Shown: one piece after another, positions 7,746 to 16,763 of the stretch
Layout: every line of letters starts with the position of its first letter
How positions within the stretch are numbered: position 1 is the first letter of the stretch
Source: Steroidobacteraceae bacterium
Lineage (GTDB): Bacteria; Pseudomonadota; Gammaproteobacteria; Steroidobacterales; Steroidobacteraceae
NCBI GenBank assembly: GCA_036513855.1
Contig: DATBYD010000097.1
Location: forward strand, 108,705-172,704
Direction of reading: 5' to 3'
Length of the DNA stretch: 64,000 nt
Program-made: the position numbers and the translations under genes
The notes under the pieces: generated by a model
Seen by the model: the letters and a program-made list of their open reading frames with translations, nothing else
Told to the model about the DNA's origin: nothing
The model's database searches: none

Positions 7746-9187
7746 TGGCCACCTCGACGCAGCGTCGGAAACTTCTGATCCTCGAGAGTGATCGCGCCCT
7801 GCGCCGTGAACTCGAGGCGGTGTTTTCCGATCTGGAGGTGACCAGCTGCGAGGCCTCGGATCAGACGCTGGCGACAGTGCGCCGCACCGAGCCCGACGTG
7901 GTGCTCTTTGACCTGGGCCTCGCGCGCGAGCCGTCGGTGGCTGCGCAGAGCCTCGAGCTGTTGCGCCAGATCCTCAATATCTCACCCGACACCAAGATCA
8001 TCGCCATGACCGAGCACGACGCGCGCGAGCTGGCGGTCGCGGCGGTTGGTCTCGGAGCGGCTGATTTTTATCACAAGCCGCTCGACGCCGGGGTGCTGTC
8101 GATCGTCGTGCGCCGCGCGCTGCGCATCCGCGAGCTCGAGGAAGAGAACTGGAGGTTGCGCGAGCGCACCGGCGCCATGGCGCTCGAGGGCATCATCGGG
8201 GTTAGCGACGGCATGCGCAGCCTGTGCCGCGCAATCGAGAAGGTGGCGCCCACCAACGCGACGGTGCTGCTGCTCGGCGACAGCGGTACCGGCAAGGAGC
8301 TGCTGGCGCGCGCGGTGCACCGCCTGTCGGGACGCTCGCACAAACCGTTCGTCGCCATCAACTGCGCGGCCATCCCCGACACGCTGCTCGAGAGTGAGCT
8401 ATTCGGCTACGAGAAGGGCGCCTTTACCGGTGCCGCCAAGCGCACGGCCGGCAAGCTCGAGGCCGCCGACGGTGGCACCGTGTTCCTCGATGAGATCGGT
8501 GAGATGCCAGCATCCTTGCAGGCAAAGCTGCTGCGCGTAGTGGCGGAGCGCACCGTCGAGCGCATCGGCGGGCGCGTGCTGCTGTCGCTCGACCTGCGCA
8601 TCGTCTGCGCCACCAACCGCAATCTCGACCTGTTGATCGGCAGCGGGGGATTTCGCGATGACCTTTACTACCGTATCAGCGAGGTGACCATTCGCGTGCC
8701 GCCGTTGCGGGATCGCCAGGGCGACAGCCTGCTGATCGCGCAGTTCCTGCTGCAGCAGATTTCCGAGCGCTTTGGTAAGCCCACCCGTGGGCTCGCCCCG
8801 GATGCCATCCGTGCCATCCAGGCCTATCGCTGGCCCGGCAACGTGCGCGAACTTGAGAACCGCATCAAGACAGCGGTGATTATGGCGGAAGGGGTGGTCG
8901 TCACGGCAGCCGACCTCGGACTTGAGGATCCAGGCGACGATCCTGAATACTTGAATCTGCGCGTCGCGCGCCAGCGCGCCGAAGCCCAGGCCGTCAGACA
9001 GTCGCTCGCGGTCGCCAAGGGCAACCTGTCGCGCGCCTCGGAACTGTTGGGAGTCACCCGCCCGACGCTCTACGACCTGCTCGGTAAGCACAGCATCGAT
9101 GCCGCGCAGTTTGGCCGGCATCCGCCAAGCGCTGCCAGTGACGCCCCGGTGTCCCCCGAGGCGCCCGCCGCCGACGTCGGGAGCTGA
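7745..9187 (+). CDS. prsR: Sigma-54-dependent response regulator, PrsR-like (PEP-CTERM-box regulator family)
   Basis: REC domain (VVLFDLGLAREPS...TKIIAMTEHD...DFYHKPLD) resembling PrsR-type receivers, an AAA+ sigma-54 activation domain (GDSGTGKE, ESELFGYEKGAFTGA) and a C-terminal HTH. The start overlaps the upstream stop (TGATG). Confidence 0.75.
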   Translation: MATSTQRRKLLILESDRALRRELEAVFSDLEVTSCEASDQTLATVRRTEPDVVLFDLGLAREPSVAAQSLELLRQILNISPDTKIIAMTEHDARELAVAAVGLGAADFYHKPLDAGVLSIVVRRALRIRELEEENWRLRERTGAMALEGIIGVSDGMRSLCRAIEKVAPTNATVLLLGDSGTGKELLARAVHRLSGRSHKPFVAINCAAIPDTLLESELFGYEKGAFTGAAKRTAGKLEAADGGTVFLDEIGEMPASLQAKLLRVVAERTVERIGGRVLLSLDLRIVCATNRNLDLLIGSGGFRDDLYYRISEVTIRVPPLRDRQGDSLLIAQFLLQQISERFGKPTRGLAPDAIRAIQAYRWPGNVRELENRIKTAVIMAEGVVVTAADLGLEDPGDDPEYLNLRVARQRAEAQAVRQSLAVAKGNLSRASELLGVTRPTLYDLLGKHSIDAAQFGRHPPSAASDAPVSPEAPAADVGS

Positions 9188-9310
9188 TCGCGTGGCTCGC
9201 GCCGTCGCGCCCGCCAATGTGTGCCGCGCGCAGCAACTCGTGCAGATCCGCAGCCGCGGACCATCCGCTACGGTCCAGACCGTCTGAGCGATCCAGCAGG
9301 ACAAGCCTCC

Positions 9311-10372
9311 ATGCCGAGTATCGAGGCAAGCGGACCAAGCCAGCGGCAGCCCCCGCGCCGCGAGAAGCGCTTGAGATTCCTGGACGGACTGCGCGGCATT
9401 GCCGCAACGCTCGTCCTGCTCTATCACTTGGTGGGCCGCACCCGGATTGCGGCGCTGACCGATCGTGGCTATCTCGGCGTGGCGATTTTCTTCGTGCTTT
9501 CCGGATTCGTGATCACTTCCGTGCTGGCCGGGCGCCGCATGAGCCTGGGATTCCTCGGACGGTTTGCACTGCGCCGGATGATTCGCCTGGACTTGCCTTA
9601 TTGGGTCAACATCGTCGTCGTGCTGCTGATGATGGGGATCGCTGCAAAATTGGGCGTGCCGAAGAACTCGATCAGCGTGGCACAGGTTGCCGCGCATCTG
9701 GTCTACCTGCAGACGTTACTGGGATATCCGGAAATCAGTTCGGTCTACTGGACACTGTGTCTTGAAGTGCAGTTCTACCTGACGCTGATCCTGCTCCTGT
9801 GGGGTGCGCAGAGGATCGGTGTACGCCGCTCGTATTTTCTGCTGGGCTTCATGATCCTGATGGGTGCTTCTGCAGTGTTGAACACGAGCTGGATCCACAC
9901 CCCCGATGGCCTGATGTTCCCGTATTGGTGGGCTTTTGCCCTGGGAGCGCTGTGCTATTGGACGGTGGCCGGGGAGGCCTCGGTGCTCTACCTGGCCGTC
10001 GGCTGTGTGGTGCTGGCAGGCTCCGCTTTCGCACCGCACGGGGATTGGAGAGTGACAGCGACCGTGACGGCCGCCCTGATATACCTCGCCTGGCGTCGCA
10101 ACGCGATGGATGCCTGGCTTACCGATCGGGTCTCCCAGTTCCTCGGCAGAACCTCCTACAGTTTGTATCTGTTTCATCCTGTGGTGGGCTGGAGTGCCCA
10201 ATCGCTGGCGCTGCGTTACGTCAATCAATGGCTCGCACTGGCCGCGGGAATTTCAGCGAGCCTCGTTGCCTCCTGGATCGCGTATCGGCTCATCGAACGG
10301 CCCAGCATCAACCTGAGCCATCGGGTGAGCCTGGCTCCCAAAAACGCGCAGGCCTGCGCTAGCGCTGCTTGA
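9311..10372 (+). CDS. Acyltransferase family 3 membrane protein (polysaccharide O-acyltransferase type)
   Basis: RFLDGLRGIAATLVLLYH motif and a multi-span hydrophobic body. The start is placed at the internal Met (MPSIEAS...) rather than at the track start 9221. Confidence 0.8.
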   Translation: MPSIEASGPSQRQPPRREKRLRFLDGLRGIAATLVLLYHLVGRTRIAALTDRGYLGVAIFFVLSGFVITSVLAGRRMSLGFLGRFALRRMIRLDLPYWVNIVVVLLMMGIAAKLGVPKNSISVAQVAAHLVYLQTLLGYPEISSVYWTLCLEVQFYLTLILLLWGAQRIGVRRSYFLLGFMILMGASAVLNTSWIHTPDGLMFPYWWAFALGALCYWTVAGEASVLYLAVGCVVLAGSAFAPHGDWRVTATVTAALIYLAWRRNAMDAWLTDRVSQFLGRTSYSLYLFHPVVGWSAQSLALRYVNQWLALAAGISASLVASWIAYRLIERPSINLSHRVSLAPKNAQACASAA

Positions 10373-11747
10373 ATTCCTCGGGCGTCAGCTGATGCCGCGC
10401 GAGCAGCTTGTAGAAGTCGGTGCGGTTGCGTCGTGCCAGACGCGCCGCCTGGCTCACGTTGCCGCCGGTGATCTGCAAGATCTGTGACAGGTAGCTGCGC
10501 GTGAATTCATCGCGCGCCTCATCGAAGGAGGGCAAACGTCCGGGCGTACCGCCAAGGGACTGCTGCACGAGCTCCACCGGAATGATCGGCGTCTGCGACA
10601 GCGCGACGTTCTGGCGCACGACGTTGTGCAGCTGGCGGATATTCCCTGGCCAGTCGGCGGTCGCGAGCAGCTCCACCGCTTCGGGCGCGTAGATCTTGCG
10701 CACGCCGCTTTCCTTGGCGATCTGCGCCAGGAAATGCGCGACCAGGAGCGGGATGTCCTCGCGGCGCCGGTTGAGCGAGGGCATCTCGATGTGTACCACG
10801 TTCAGGCGGTAGTACAGATCCTCACGGAACTGGCCGGCCGCCATGAGCTGCTGCAAGTCGCGGTGCGTGGCTGAGATTACCCGCACGTTCACCGGGATGG
10901 CATCGGTGCTGCCCACCGGGCGGATGACGTTCTCCTGCAGCACGCGCAGCAGCTTCACCTGCAGCCGCATCGGCATGTCGCCAATCTCATCGAGCATGAG
11001 CGTACCGCCGTCGGCGGCCATGAACAGGCCGCGGTGCGCACGCGTGGCGCCGGTGAAGGAACCCTTCTCGTGGCCAAACAGCTCCGACTCCAGCAGGTTC
11101 TCTGCCATCGCGCTGCAGTTGATGGCGACAAAGGGTTTGTTACGCCGCGGGCTGCCGCGGTGGATGGCGCGCGCCAGCAGCTCCTTGCCGGTACCGCTTT
11201 CGCCGGTGATGAGCACCCGCGCATCGGTTCCCGCGACCATGTGAGCCTGGGCGAGCTTCTCCTCCATGCTGGCGCTACGCGTGACGATCTCGGCGCGCCA
11301 GTCCTCATCCGATGCTCCGAAGCCTGAGATGCGCAGCGCCTTCTGTACCTGGTCGAGCAGCTCCTGCTTGTCCACCGGCTTGGTGAGGAAGCCGAACGCG
11401 CCCATCTGCGTGGCCTGTACCGCATCCGGAATCGTGCCGTGGGCGGTGAGGATGATGACTTTCAGGCCCGGCCAGCGGTTCTGCAGCTCCTTGAGAAGGC
11501 CGATGCCGTCCATCTGGTCCATGCGCAGGTCGGTGATGACCAGGTCGGGCCTGAAACGGCTCGATGCAGCAAGGGCCTGCGCGGCACTTTCCACCGCTTC
11601 CACGTCGTAACTCTCAGCGCGCAGGCGGATGGTCAACAGGCGCAGCAATCCGGGGTCGTCGTCGACCACCAGAATGCGTGCCTTGCGTTTGCCAGGCTGG
11701 TTCAAGATGGTGTCCTTGTTACTGAGATGACTTAGATTGCTTAGCAT
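10359..11747 (-). CDS. glrR: Sigma-54-dependent response regulator (GlrR/QseF-like)
   Basis: REC (ILVVDDDPGLLRLL...DLVITDLRMDQMDG), AAA+ domain (GESGTGKE, ESELFGHEKGSFTGA) and a C-terminal Fis-type HTH. The gene order kinase-lipoprotein-regulator matches qseE-qseG-qseF. Confidence 0.8.
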   Translation of the reverse strand: MLSNLSHLSNKDTILNQPGKRKARILVVDDDPGLLRLLTIRLRAESYDVEAVESAAQALAASSRFRPDLVITDLRMDQMDGIGLLKELQNRWPGLKVIILTAHGTIPDAVQATQMGAFGFLTKPVDKQELLDQVQKALRISGFGASDEDWRAEIVTRSASMEEKLAQAHMVAGTDARVLITGESGTGKELLARAIHRGSPRRNKPFVAINCSAMAENLLESELFGHEKGSFTGATRAHRGLFMAADGGTLMLDEIGDMPMRLQVKLLRVLQENVIRPVGSTDAIPVNVRVISATHRDLQQLMAAGQFREDLYYRLNVVHIEMPSLNRRREDIPLLVAHFLAQIAKESGVRKIYAPEAVELLATADWPGNIRQLHNVVRQNVALSQTPIIPVELVQQSLGGTPGRLPSFDEARDEFTRSYLSQILQITGGNVSQAARLARRNRTDFYKLLARHQLTPEEFKQR

Positions 11748-12413
11748 TTACCTTCCGGTGCTGTCGGGTTTGCGTTCATTCATCGAACGCTCAATGTTGG
11801 CAATGGCATCGAGCTTCGCACGTGCCTCCTCAAGTTCCCGGCGCAGGCGCGCGTTCTCTTCAACCTCCGCCTGCAGTCGGTGACTGGCAGTGGCCATGCG
11901 CTCATGATCTGCACGCACCGCCTCCGCTTGGAGCCTGCGATTTTCTGACTCCAGCGTCAAATGGTCGTCAATTTGCGAAAGTTCCAGAAAGGCGAGTGCC
12001 CGCTCCCCGGGCAGCAGCATCTCGGGGTTCGCCATGAGCTCGCGCAGCAGCTCCTGGGCGCGCGGCTGGTCGGTGGCCGGATGGCCGGCCGTGCCCAGGA
12101 TGAGTGCCAGTTTCAGCTCGTGGCTCGGGGTGGGTGCCGTGTCATAGGCGTGCTGCGCGCTGACCACGATCTCCGCCTGCTCGGAAGCGGGGCCTTCCAC
12201 CAGCCTCTGCAGCAGCTGCAGGTACTCGGCGAGCAGGGCCGAGGTGGCCGCGGCAGGGTCGACCGCTGCTGCGGGCGCCGGGGTACGCTGACCTGAAACG
12301 GCCGTACAGCCGCCCAGTGCCAGCAGAGCCAACATCGCGTACAGGGGGGGCGCCAGGCCGGCGCGGCCGGTACGCGCCGCCTGGGTGCGGGCTGGGAGCT
12401 CGTCAGGCTGCAT
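11748..12413 (-). CDS. Lipoprotein with a C-terminal coiled coil (QseG-like position)
   Basis: Lipobox LLALGGC, and a C-terminal heptad-rich region (RRLQAEAVRADHERMATASHRLQAEVEENARLRRELEEARAKLD). The start is uncertain: Met candidates lie at 12425, 12419, 12413 and 12335, and the track start 12548 would overlap the kinase heavily. Confidence 0.5.
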   Translation of the reverse strand: MQPDELPARTQAARTGRAGLAPPLYAMLALLALGGCTAVSGQRTPAPAAAVDPAAATSALLAEYLQLLQRLVEGPASEQAEIVVSAQHAYDTAPTPSHELKLALILGTAGHPATDQPRAQELLRELMANPEMLLPGERALAFLELSQIDDHLTLESENRRLQAEAVRADHERMATASHRLQAEVEENARLRRELEEARAKLDAIANIERSMNERKPDSTGR

Positions 12414-13890
12414 GCGCATGCGCATTGGTGTCGGAGCTGACGGGGCCCTCGCCGATCGCCCGCATCGGCATCGCAATGCGGAAATGCGCCCCGGGAAACT
12501 GCCCATCCACAATCTGTATGGTGCCGCCGTGTGCCGCGACAAACTCAAGCACCACCGACAGCCCGATCCCGGTGCCCTTCACGGCGGTGCTCTTAGCCGC
12601 CCGGCCGGTATAGAAGGCCTCGAACACGTGCCCACGGTCTTCCACCGGGATGCCGGGGCCGCTGTCGGCCACATCGAGTACCAGTTGCGGGCCGGCTGCA
12701 CGGGCCTGCAGGTGGATGGTGCCACCCTTGGGCGAGTACTTGACCGCGTTTGACAGCAGGTTCTCGAGGATCAGCCGGATCTTGCCGCGATCGGCGACCA
12801 GGGTCACATCGTCCACGCGTACATCCAGCCGCACGCGCTGCGACAGAAGAGTCAGCTGCTGGTTTTCCAGCACCTGCTTGACCAGCGGACGCAGTCTGAA
12901 TTCAGTGGCTTCGAGGCCGACGCTGGAGGTCTGCCAGGCACTGAAGGACAGCAGATTCTCGATCATGCGCTGCAGCTTGATGCCGTTCTCTCGCAGGATT
13001 GCCGCCACCTCGCGCTGGTTGGAATCGAGCTCGCCCACCGCCCCGTCCATCAGAAGTTCCGTGCCTTCCCTGATGTTAGCGAGCGGTGTCTTGAGCTCGT
13101 GCGACATGTGTCGCAGGAAACGATTGCGCTCGTGCGCCAGCTCGAGCAGACGCTGGCGCAGCCACTCGAGCTGCCCGCCGAGACGCTCAAGATCATGGGG
13201 TCCGGCGACGGCGATGGGGTTGGTGAAGGTACCCTGTCCGAGTTCGCTGATCGCGCGGTCGAGTTGGCGCAGCGGACGCCCGACACCGACGGTCAGTACG
13301 AAGACGGCGACGACCGCCAGCGGCAACAGCAGCGCTGCTTGCCACAGCAGGCGCTTGCGCGCCTCGATCGTGCGCTCCTCGAGAGCTGCGACCTCCGCGT
13401 CCACGTGCGCATTGCTCTGTTGCCCCACCTGCTCCGCGAGCGCTGACAGCTGACCGAATCGACCCGACAGCGCCGAGGCAGCCGCCGCATCACTGCTGAC
13501 CGGGGCGCTCATCACCGTCGCCCGGATGCTGCCTTGCAGCTGCCCGAACTCCAGCAGCGTGCGGCGCGCCTCATCACCGGTCGCGAGGCGCCGCAGCTGC
13601 TCGCGCGTGGTACTCAGGCCCTCGTCCTGGGTGCGGTACTGGTCGCGAAGCTTCGGGTCGTTCAGCACTTCGAACACCTGGGCGGTGCGCTCCAGCGTTG
13701 CCAGCTGACCGAACAGCGCCTGGCTGGCGCGTGCGCCGGTGACGCCTTGGATGACGATTTTCTGACCGGTATCCGCGAGATCGCGGATCTGCAGCACGGC
13801 CGTCAGAATCGCCACCAGCAGCGGTACGGCCATCAGCGCCAGCCCTACCAGCATCAATCCACTCAAAGACTTGGGTCGCCCCCACCGCAT
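12403..13890 (-). CDS. glrK: Sensor histidine kinase (GlrK/QseE-like: TM-periplasmic-TM-HAMP-HisKA-HATPase)
   Basis: Two hydrophobic spans and HisKA (FLRHMSHELKTPLANI). HATPase N/G boxes are present (LSNAVKYSP, DSGPGIP, GTGIGLS). Confidence 0.8.
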   Translation of the reverse strand: MRWGRPKSLSGLMLVGLALMAVPLLVAILTAVLQIRDLADTGQKIVIQGVTGARASQALFGQLATLERTAQVFEVLNDPKLRDQYRTQDEGLSTTREQLRRLATGDEARRTLLEFGQLQGSIRATVMSAPVSSDAAAASALSGRFGQLSALAEQVGQQSNAHVDAEVAALEERTIEARKRLLWQAALLLPLAVVAVFVLTVGVGRPLRQLDRAISELGQGTFTNPIAVAGPHDLERLGGQLEWLRQRLLELAHERNRFLRHMSHELKTPLANIREGTELLMDGAVGELDSNQREVAAILRENGIKLQRMIENLLSFSAWQTSSVGLEATEFRLRPLVKQVLENQQLTLLSQRVRLDVRVDDVTLVADRGKIRLILENLLSNAVKYSPKGGTIHLQARAAGPQLVLDVADSGPGIPVEDRGHVFEAFYTGRAAKSTAVKGTGIGLSVVLEFVAAHGGTIQIVDGQFPGAHFRIAMPMRAIGEGPVSSDTNAHAHAA

Positions 13891-13952
13891 GAAGCGCCAT
13901 TCTACCTAGCGAAGCGCTGACGTGCCGTGAGATGCAGCGCGGATGGCAGGAT

Positions 13953-14945
13953 TTACCACGGGTCACGTAACAGCCGCTGCTCCCAGGTGTAGGCCGTGCG
14001 CACGATGGTGTCGAGGTCATCGAGCCGCGGTTGCCAGCCGAGCTGCGAGCGAATGCGCTCCGCGCGTGCCACCAGCGCCGGAGGATCTCCCGCGCGGCGC
14101 TGCTCCTCGCGCACCTTCAGCCGCTTACCCGACACGCGCTCGACGCTCGCGAGGACCTGCCGGACGCTGTAACCGTGACCATAGCCGACGTTTAGCGTGG
14201 TGGAGGGGCCGCCGCCACGCAGATAAGTGAGGGCATCCAGGTGGGCCGCCGCCAGATCCTCCACGTGGATGTAGTCGCGCACGCCCGTCCCGTCCGGGGT
14301 TGGCAGATCGGTGCCGAAGATGGCGACCTCGGCGCGCTTGCCCACTGCTGCCTCGCAGGCCACCTTGACGAGCAGCGTCGCGTTGGGGGTCGCCTGACCG
14401 ATACGACCCCCGCTGTCGGAGCCGGCCACGTTGAAGTAGCGCAGCGCAGCGTAGGTGAGGGGCGAGGCCTGCGCCAGCCCCGCCAGCATCCATTCCGACA
14501 TGAGTTTGGAGGTGCCGTAGGGATTGATGGGAGCGGTCGGGGTGTCTTCGGCGGCCTCGCCGCTGGCTGGCATGCCATACACCGCGGCGGTGGAGGAGAA
14601 CACGAAGTGACGCACGTTCGCCGCGACACAGCACTCCAGCAGCGCGCGGGTCGCACACGTGTTGTTGCCGTAGTACTTCAGCGGGTCGCTGACCGACTCG
14701 GGCACGATGGTATAGGCGGCAAAATGCATCACGGTGTCGACCTCATGCTCCCTGAGTACCCGCATCACCGTGTCCCGATCGCCGACCTGCCCGACCACGA
14801 GCGGGGTGTCGAGCACGGCCTGGCGGAAGCCGCGCGACAGATCATCGAGGATCACCACCCGCTCGCCGCGCGCGCGCAACTGCAGCGCCGTATGACTGCC
14901 GATGTAGCCGGCGCCGCCGGTGACTAATATGCTGCCGTTCTTCAT
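13953..14945 (-). CDS. galE: UDP-glucose 4-epimerase
   Basis: Starts MKNGSILVTGGAGYIGSH (NAD-binding GxxGxxG) with a YGTSK catalytic motif. The longer track ORF (to 15368) is an upstream in-frame extension that overlaps the neighbouring gene. Confidence 0.9.
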   Translation of the reverse strand: MKNGSILVTGGAGYIGSHTALQLRARGERVVILDDLSRGFRQAVLDTPLVVGQVGDRDTVMRVLREHEVDTVMHFAAYTIVPESVSDPLKYYGNNTCATRALLECCVAANVRHFVFSSTAAVYGMPASGEAAEDTPTAPINPYGTSKLMSEWMLAGLAQASPLTYAALRYFNVAGSDSGGRIGQATPNATLLVKVACEAAVGKRAEVAIFGTDLPTPDGTGVRDYIHVEDLAAAHLDALTYLRGGGPSTTLNVGYGHGYSVRQVLASVERVSGKRLKVREEQRRAGDPPALVARAERIRSQLGWQPRLDDLDTIVRTAYTWEQRLLRDPW

Positions 14946-14954
14946 GGGGCAGCG

Positions 14955-15953
14955 ATGATAAACAAAACTCGCGGCGATGAGCGGCAACCTTTCGCAGGAC
15001 TCACGCCCGAGGTGGTGCTGGACGCCGCGGCCGCCTTCGGACTGGAGCCTGACGGGCGGCTGTTCGCCCTCAACAGCTACGAGAACCGCGTCTATCAGCT
15101 CGGTGCCCGCGACGGGTTGCTGGTGCTGAAGTTCTACCGGCCGGCTCGCTGGCGCGATGCGCAGATCGCCGAGGAGCACCAGTTCACCGCGGAGCTGGCG
15201 GCCGCCGAATTGCCAGTCGCCGCCCCGCTGGTCATTGCCGGAGAAACGCTGCTCAAATATGGCGATTTCCGCTTCGCAGCGTTCCCCTTCATGCGCGGGC
15301 GTGCCCCCGAACTGGATGCGCCGGATGCGCGGCAGCTGCTCGGGCGCAGTCTCGCGCGCTTGCACCAAATCGGCGCCAGCCGGCCATTCCTCACGCGCGT
15401 GCGCATCGGTGTCGAGCGTCTGGGGTGGGAGGCGCGCGCTCGGGTGCTCGAGAGCGAGCTGCTGCCCGATGCCCTGCGTGAACGATATTCTTCAGTCAGC
15501 GGGGCACTGCTCGAGCGTGTCGGCGCGGCATTTGCCGCCGCGCAGGGGGTGAGCGAGATACGCCTTCATGGCGACTGCCACCTCGGTAACCTGCTCTGGA
15601 ACGAGCACGGTCCGGTGTTCGTGGATCTGGACGATTGCGCCACCGGTGTGCGGGTGCAGGACCTGTGGATGATGCTGTCCGGATCCGCCGAGGAGCAGCA
15701 GCACCAGTGGGCGCAGCTGCTCGAGGGCTACCGGCAGTTTGGCGACTTCGACTACACCGAGGTGCTGCTGATTGAGCCGTTGCGTACGCTGCGCATGCTG
15801 CATCACGCCGCGTGGGTGGTACACCGCTGGAGCGATCCGGCCTTTCCGCGCGCCTTTCCCTGGGCAGCCGAGCCGCGCTACTGGGAGGGCTACCTGACAG
15901 ACCTGTTGGAGCAGATCGCAACCATGGAGTCGCCTCCGTTACTGCAGGGCTGA
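14955..15953 (+). CDS. srkA: Stress response serine/threonine kinase SrkA (YihE/RdoA family)
   Basis: 332 aa with FALNSYENRVYQL near the N-terminus and the HGDCHLGNLLW catalytic loop of the aminoglycoside phosphotransferase-like fold. Confidence 0.8.
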   Translation: MINKTRGDERQPFAGLTPEVVLDAAAAFGLEPDGRLFALNSYENRVYQLGARDGLLVLKFYRPARWRDAQIAEEHQFTAELAAAELPVAAPLVIAGETLLKYGDFRFAAFPFMRGRAPELDAPDARQLLGRSLARLHQIGASRPFLTRVRIGVERLGWEARARVLESELLPDALRERYSSVSGALLERVGAAFAAAQGVSEIRLHGDCHLGNLLWNEHGPVFVDLDDCATGVRVQDLWMMLSGSAEEQQHQWAQLLEGYRQFGDFDYTEVLLIEPLRTLRMLHHAAWVVHRWSDPAFPRAFPWAAEPRYWEGYLTDLLEQIATMESPPLLQG

Positions 15954-16077
15954 GAGGCGGGCCGGTCTGAACGAAATGCCGACCAGGTAGCTGCACCGAC
16001 GCGCGCAGACGCGTTATTGTGCAGCGCTTGCGTGGCATGTTACTTAATCAATGCCCGAAGGATTTGCGCGCACGAGT

Positions 16078-16641
16078 ATGTGGAGCTTCAGCAGAAACCT
16101 GGTGTGGCTCGCCGTAGTGGCGGGGGCCGTGTGGGGCTGCAGCGGGGGTCAGCCCTCGGCAGCGGCCAAGCATGCCGTTGCAGCGGCGGCGGCGAAGAAG
16201 GCGGCCAACCCCCAGGAGCAGCGCCTGCGCAACATGGTGAGTGCGGTCCCCGCCAATAAGCCCGGCGCCGTACCGTTGCAGGTAAAATTCGAGTTGCGCG
16301 GGCGTCCCGATCTCGGCCAGCCGGTGGACGTTGATCTGATGATCGTGCCCCTCACCGGGACCATGGACCGTGTGTCCGGCAAGGTGCAGGCCGACGAGGG
16401 GCTCGAGCTGGTGGACGGGGCACAGATCCCCGCGACCGAGCGGCCCGTGCAGGGCGTTCCCATCGAGCACCTCATCAAGGTGCTGCCCAAGCGCGATGGA
16501 ATCTTTACCTTCAGCGCGACCCTGACCGTCGAATCAGGCGGCCAGAGCTCAACCGAGACGTTCTCGATGCCCCTGATCGCCGGTGCCGGCCTGACGGATC
16601 TGCCGGCGAAACTGCCCGCGCAGACTGTTGCTACGCATTAG
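16078..16641 (+). CDS. Hypothetical lipoprotein
   Basis: Signal peptide plus lipobox (LAVVAGAVWGCSGG). No family was recognised. The start is set at the Met preceding the signal peptide. Confidence 0.5.
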   Translation: MWSFSRNLVWLAVVAGAVWGCSGGQPSAAAKHAVAAAAAKKAANPQEQRLRNMVSAVPANKPGAVPLQVKFELRGRPDLGQPVDVDLMIVPLTGTMDRVSGKVQADEGLELVDGAQIPATERPVQGVPIEHLIKVLPKRDGIFTFSATLTVESGGQSSTETFSMPLIAGAGLTDLPAKLPAQTVATH

Positions 16642-16763
16642 CTCGCGGACCGGGTTCTTTGGGGCGTGACGGGTCGCCCCGACTGGACAGATTCGGGAGA
16701 GGCTTCACGGGGAACTCGGGAGGCGCTCCGTATGATGCCGAGTCGGTCCCTTCCCCCTTGGTT

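Noticed and set aside
8399-9697. Long antisense or alternative-frame ORFs were considered. Examples are 8399..9697 (-), 16767..17858 (-), 17952..19079 (-), 24450..25823 (-), 45319..46647 (-), 47713..49071 (-), 49510..50526 (-) and 51150..52304 (-).
   Set aside because: They lie fully inside strongly supported genes on the other strand. Their translations are Arg/Ala/Gly/Pro-rich and low in complexity with no motifs. They are typical shadow ORFs of high-GC DNA.
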